In this document: positions 62,908-64,000 of the stretch, in pieces
Layout: every line of letters starts with the position of its first letter
Position numbering within the stretch: position 1 is the stretch's first letter
Source of the DNA: a bacterium
GTDB lineage: Bacteria > Patescibacteriota > Minisyncoccia > Phycocordibacterales > UBA2100
Assembly (NCBI GenBank): GCA_030647655.1
Contig: JAUSJH010000009.1
Span: 82,196-146,195 of the forward strand
Direction of reading: 5' to 3'
Length of the DNA: 64,000 nt
The notes under the pieces: model-generated
What the model saw: only the letters and a program-made list of their open reading frames with translations
Told to the model about the DNA's origin: nothing
Databases searched by the model: none
Made by a program: the position numbers and the translations under genes

Positions 62908-64000
62908 ATGTTTAAAAAAATCGCGTTCGCGGGTCTTGGCCTTGTTTTACTCGCGTCTCCGGTACTCGCCTCCGCCGATGTACTCTCCGACCTGCGGGCA
63001 CAGCTCGAAGGCCTCCTCTCACAGCTCTCGCAATTGCAATCGCAGCTTTCGGCGGTCGCAACCACCGCCACTCCCAGACCAAGCTGCACCCTAAGAGCTT
63101 CACCGAGCACAGTGCAATCAGGCAGGGGCTCTCGTATTTCGTGGACCACTAGGAACGCGACTTGGGGCACGATCAATCAGGGAATCGGTAGCATGACACC
63201 GATTGCGAGCAGCTCACGGGCAATTAGCGCAGGCATAACACAGACGACCGCGTACACAGCTACTATAAGAGGTCTCGGGGGCAGTGCTACGTGTTCAACG
63301 ACCGTGACAGTTACGAGCGGAGGCACAAGTCCTTCAATCACGATCACGTCTCCGAATGGCGGACAGACGTTCAATCTCGGGAACCTTCTGACAATCCGTT
63401 GGGTGGCTAGGAATCTGCCGGTCAGAAATCAGATCTGCACATATCTTGTAGATTCAGCGGCCCATCAGTTTGCCTTTCCGGCGGAGGGTGCATGCAGGAC
63501 CGATGAAGCGCCGGGCGCGTTAGCTGTCTCGGGCACTTTGGTGCGGAGGGCAGGATATGACCTCGCTCCGGGTGCGTACCGGATCTTTGCACGTATCCTC
63601 GGAGCAGATCCGGGCAACGGAAGGGATCGTCCGGTCCTTGCAGAGGATCAGGAGCCAATTGGAATTACAGTCGCAAGCACCACGTCCAACCTCACGCTCA
63701 CCGCCTCGCCGACATCCGGCTCGGTACCGCTCGCTGTACACTTCAGCGCCAGAAATATGCCGGATGCGAGCAGGTGGAATTATTCCGTCGACTATAAAGA
63801 CGGACACGCAGAACAGTTGGATTCTCATGGTGCCACGGGGACCTTCTCCGCAGACACAAATCACACCTATACTGCGGCGGGCACGTATTTGGCAGTCCTG
63901 AACAGATGTTGGACGGGTTGCCAGACGCTTGGCACCACGACGATTACGGTTACGAGCTCGTCGAGCGGCACGATTGTCGTCGCTCCCGGTCAGCAGCCTG
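62908..64000 (+). CDS. secreted protein, partial (runs off window end)
   Basis: Signal peptide MFKKIAFAGLGLVLLASPVLASA, coiled segment, then Thr/Ser-rich beta-rich domains. No stop before 64000, so not in the ORF track. Confidence 0.5.
   Translation, partial: MFKKIAFAGLGLVLLASPVLASADVLSDLRAQLEGLLSQLSQLQSQLSAVATTATPRPSCTLRASPSTVQSGRGSRISWTTRNATWGTINQGIGSMTPIASSSRAISAGITQTTAYTATIRGLGGSATCSTTVTVTSGGTSPSITITSPNGGQTFNLGNLLTIRWVARNLPVRNQICTYLVDSAAHQFAFPAEGACRTDEAPGALAVSGTLVRRAGYDLAPGAYRIFARILGADPGNGRDRPVLAEDQEPIGITVASTTSNLTLTASPTSGSVPLAVHFSARNMPDASRWNYSVDYKDGHAEQLDSHGATGTFSADTNHTYTAAGTYLAVLNRCWTGCQTLGTTTITVTSSSSGTIVVAPGQQP

Noticed and set aside
1-64000. CRISPR array or rRNA genes
   Set aside because: No regularly spaced direct repeats were found beyond the (CACCAGA)x3 and CACTAG triplets, and no 16S/23S/5S-like conserved stretches. 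Hairpins found are isolated palindromes or terminators.

Overview
This 64-kb window looks like chromosomal DNA from a small-genome bacterium, with roughly 57-58% GC (estimated by eye). The gene content is compatible with an uncultivated Patescibacteria/CPR-like lineage: RNase Y, a type IV pilus set plus ComEC, three of four tRNAs lacking encoded CCA beside a cca gene, and a trigger factor without a PPIase domain. That placement is an inference only. Core genes called from the translations are listed in the features. They include a partial comM/yifB, a dksA-like gene, pnp, rpsO, rarA, metA, an xerC/D-like recombinase, xth, cca, four tRNAs (Arg-UCG, Gly-GCC, Pro-UGG, Gly-UCC), hup, rny, clpP, tig, nusA, two ppa paralogs, pilB/pilC/pilins, tpiA, pgk, recJ, rnhA, mscL, a split comEC, sod, rpmB, rpsL, rpsG and fusA. 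No rRNA or CRISPR was seen. Conserved gene neighbourhoods are repeatedly interrupted by accessory insertions. (1) Downstream of fusA is an array of small cassettes (a membrane-anchored protein, a RelB/RelE-like toxin-antitoxin pair, secreted proteins), each ending with a degenerate in-frame copy of the last 90-180 nt of fusA. This looks like a reiterated site-specific integration hotspot at the fusA 3' end. (2) An IS200/RAYT-type HuH transposase with perfect palindromic ends sits between rpsG and fusA, and related palindromes recur elsewhere. (3) An AT-rich block lies between clpP and tig. It carries a four-gene operon (MazG-like, RadC/JAB, an EVE/PUA-like domain fused to a PD-(D/E)xK nuclease, a 47-aa micro-ORF) with ATGA overlaps at every junction, followed by a DinJ/YafQ toxin-antitoxin pair. 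This is a candidate modification-dependent restriction or defence module. (4) A promoter-driven cassette (small protein plus HemK/Mtq2-like methyltransferase) separates rpsO from pnp. (5) comEC is split into a membrane part and a metallo-beta-lactamase part, separated by an inverted 2.9-kb block ending in two near-identical terminators. (6) A short motif family (ATCCACA / GGATGTCC / ATGTCCTTTA) clusters around yraN and tRNA-Pro. Coordinates for tRNAs, hairpins and repeats were counted by hand from the printed sequence and may be off by 1-2 nt.
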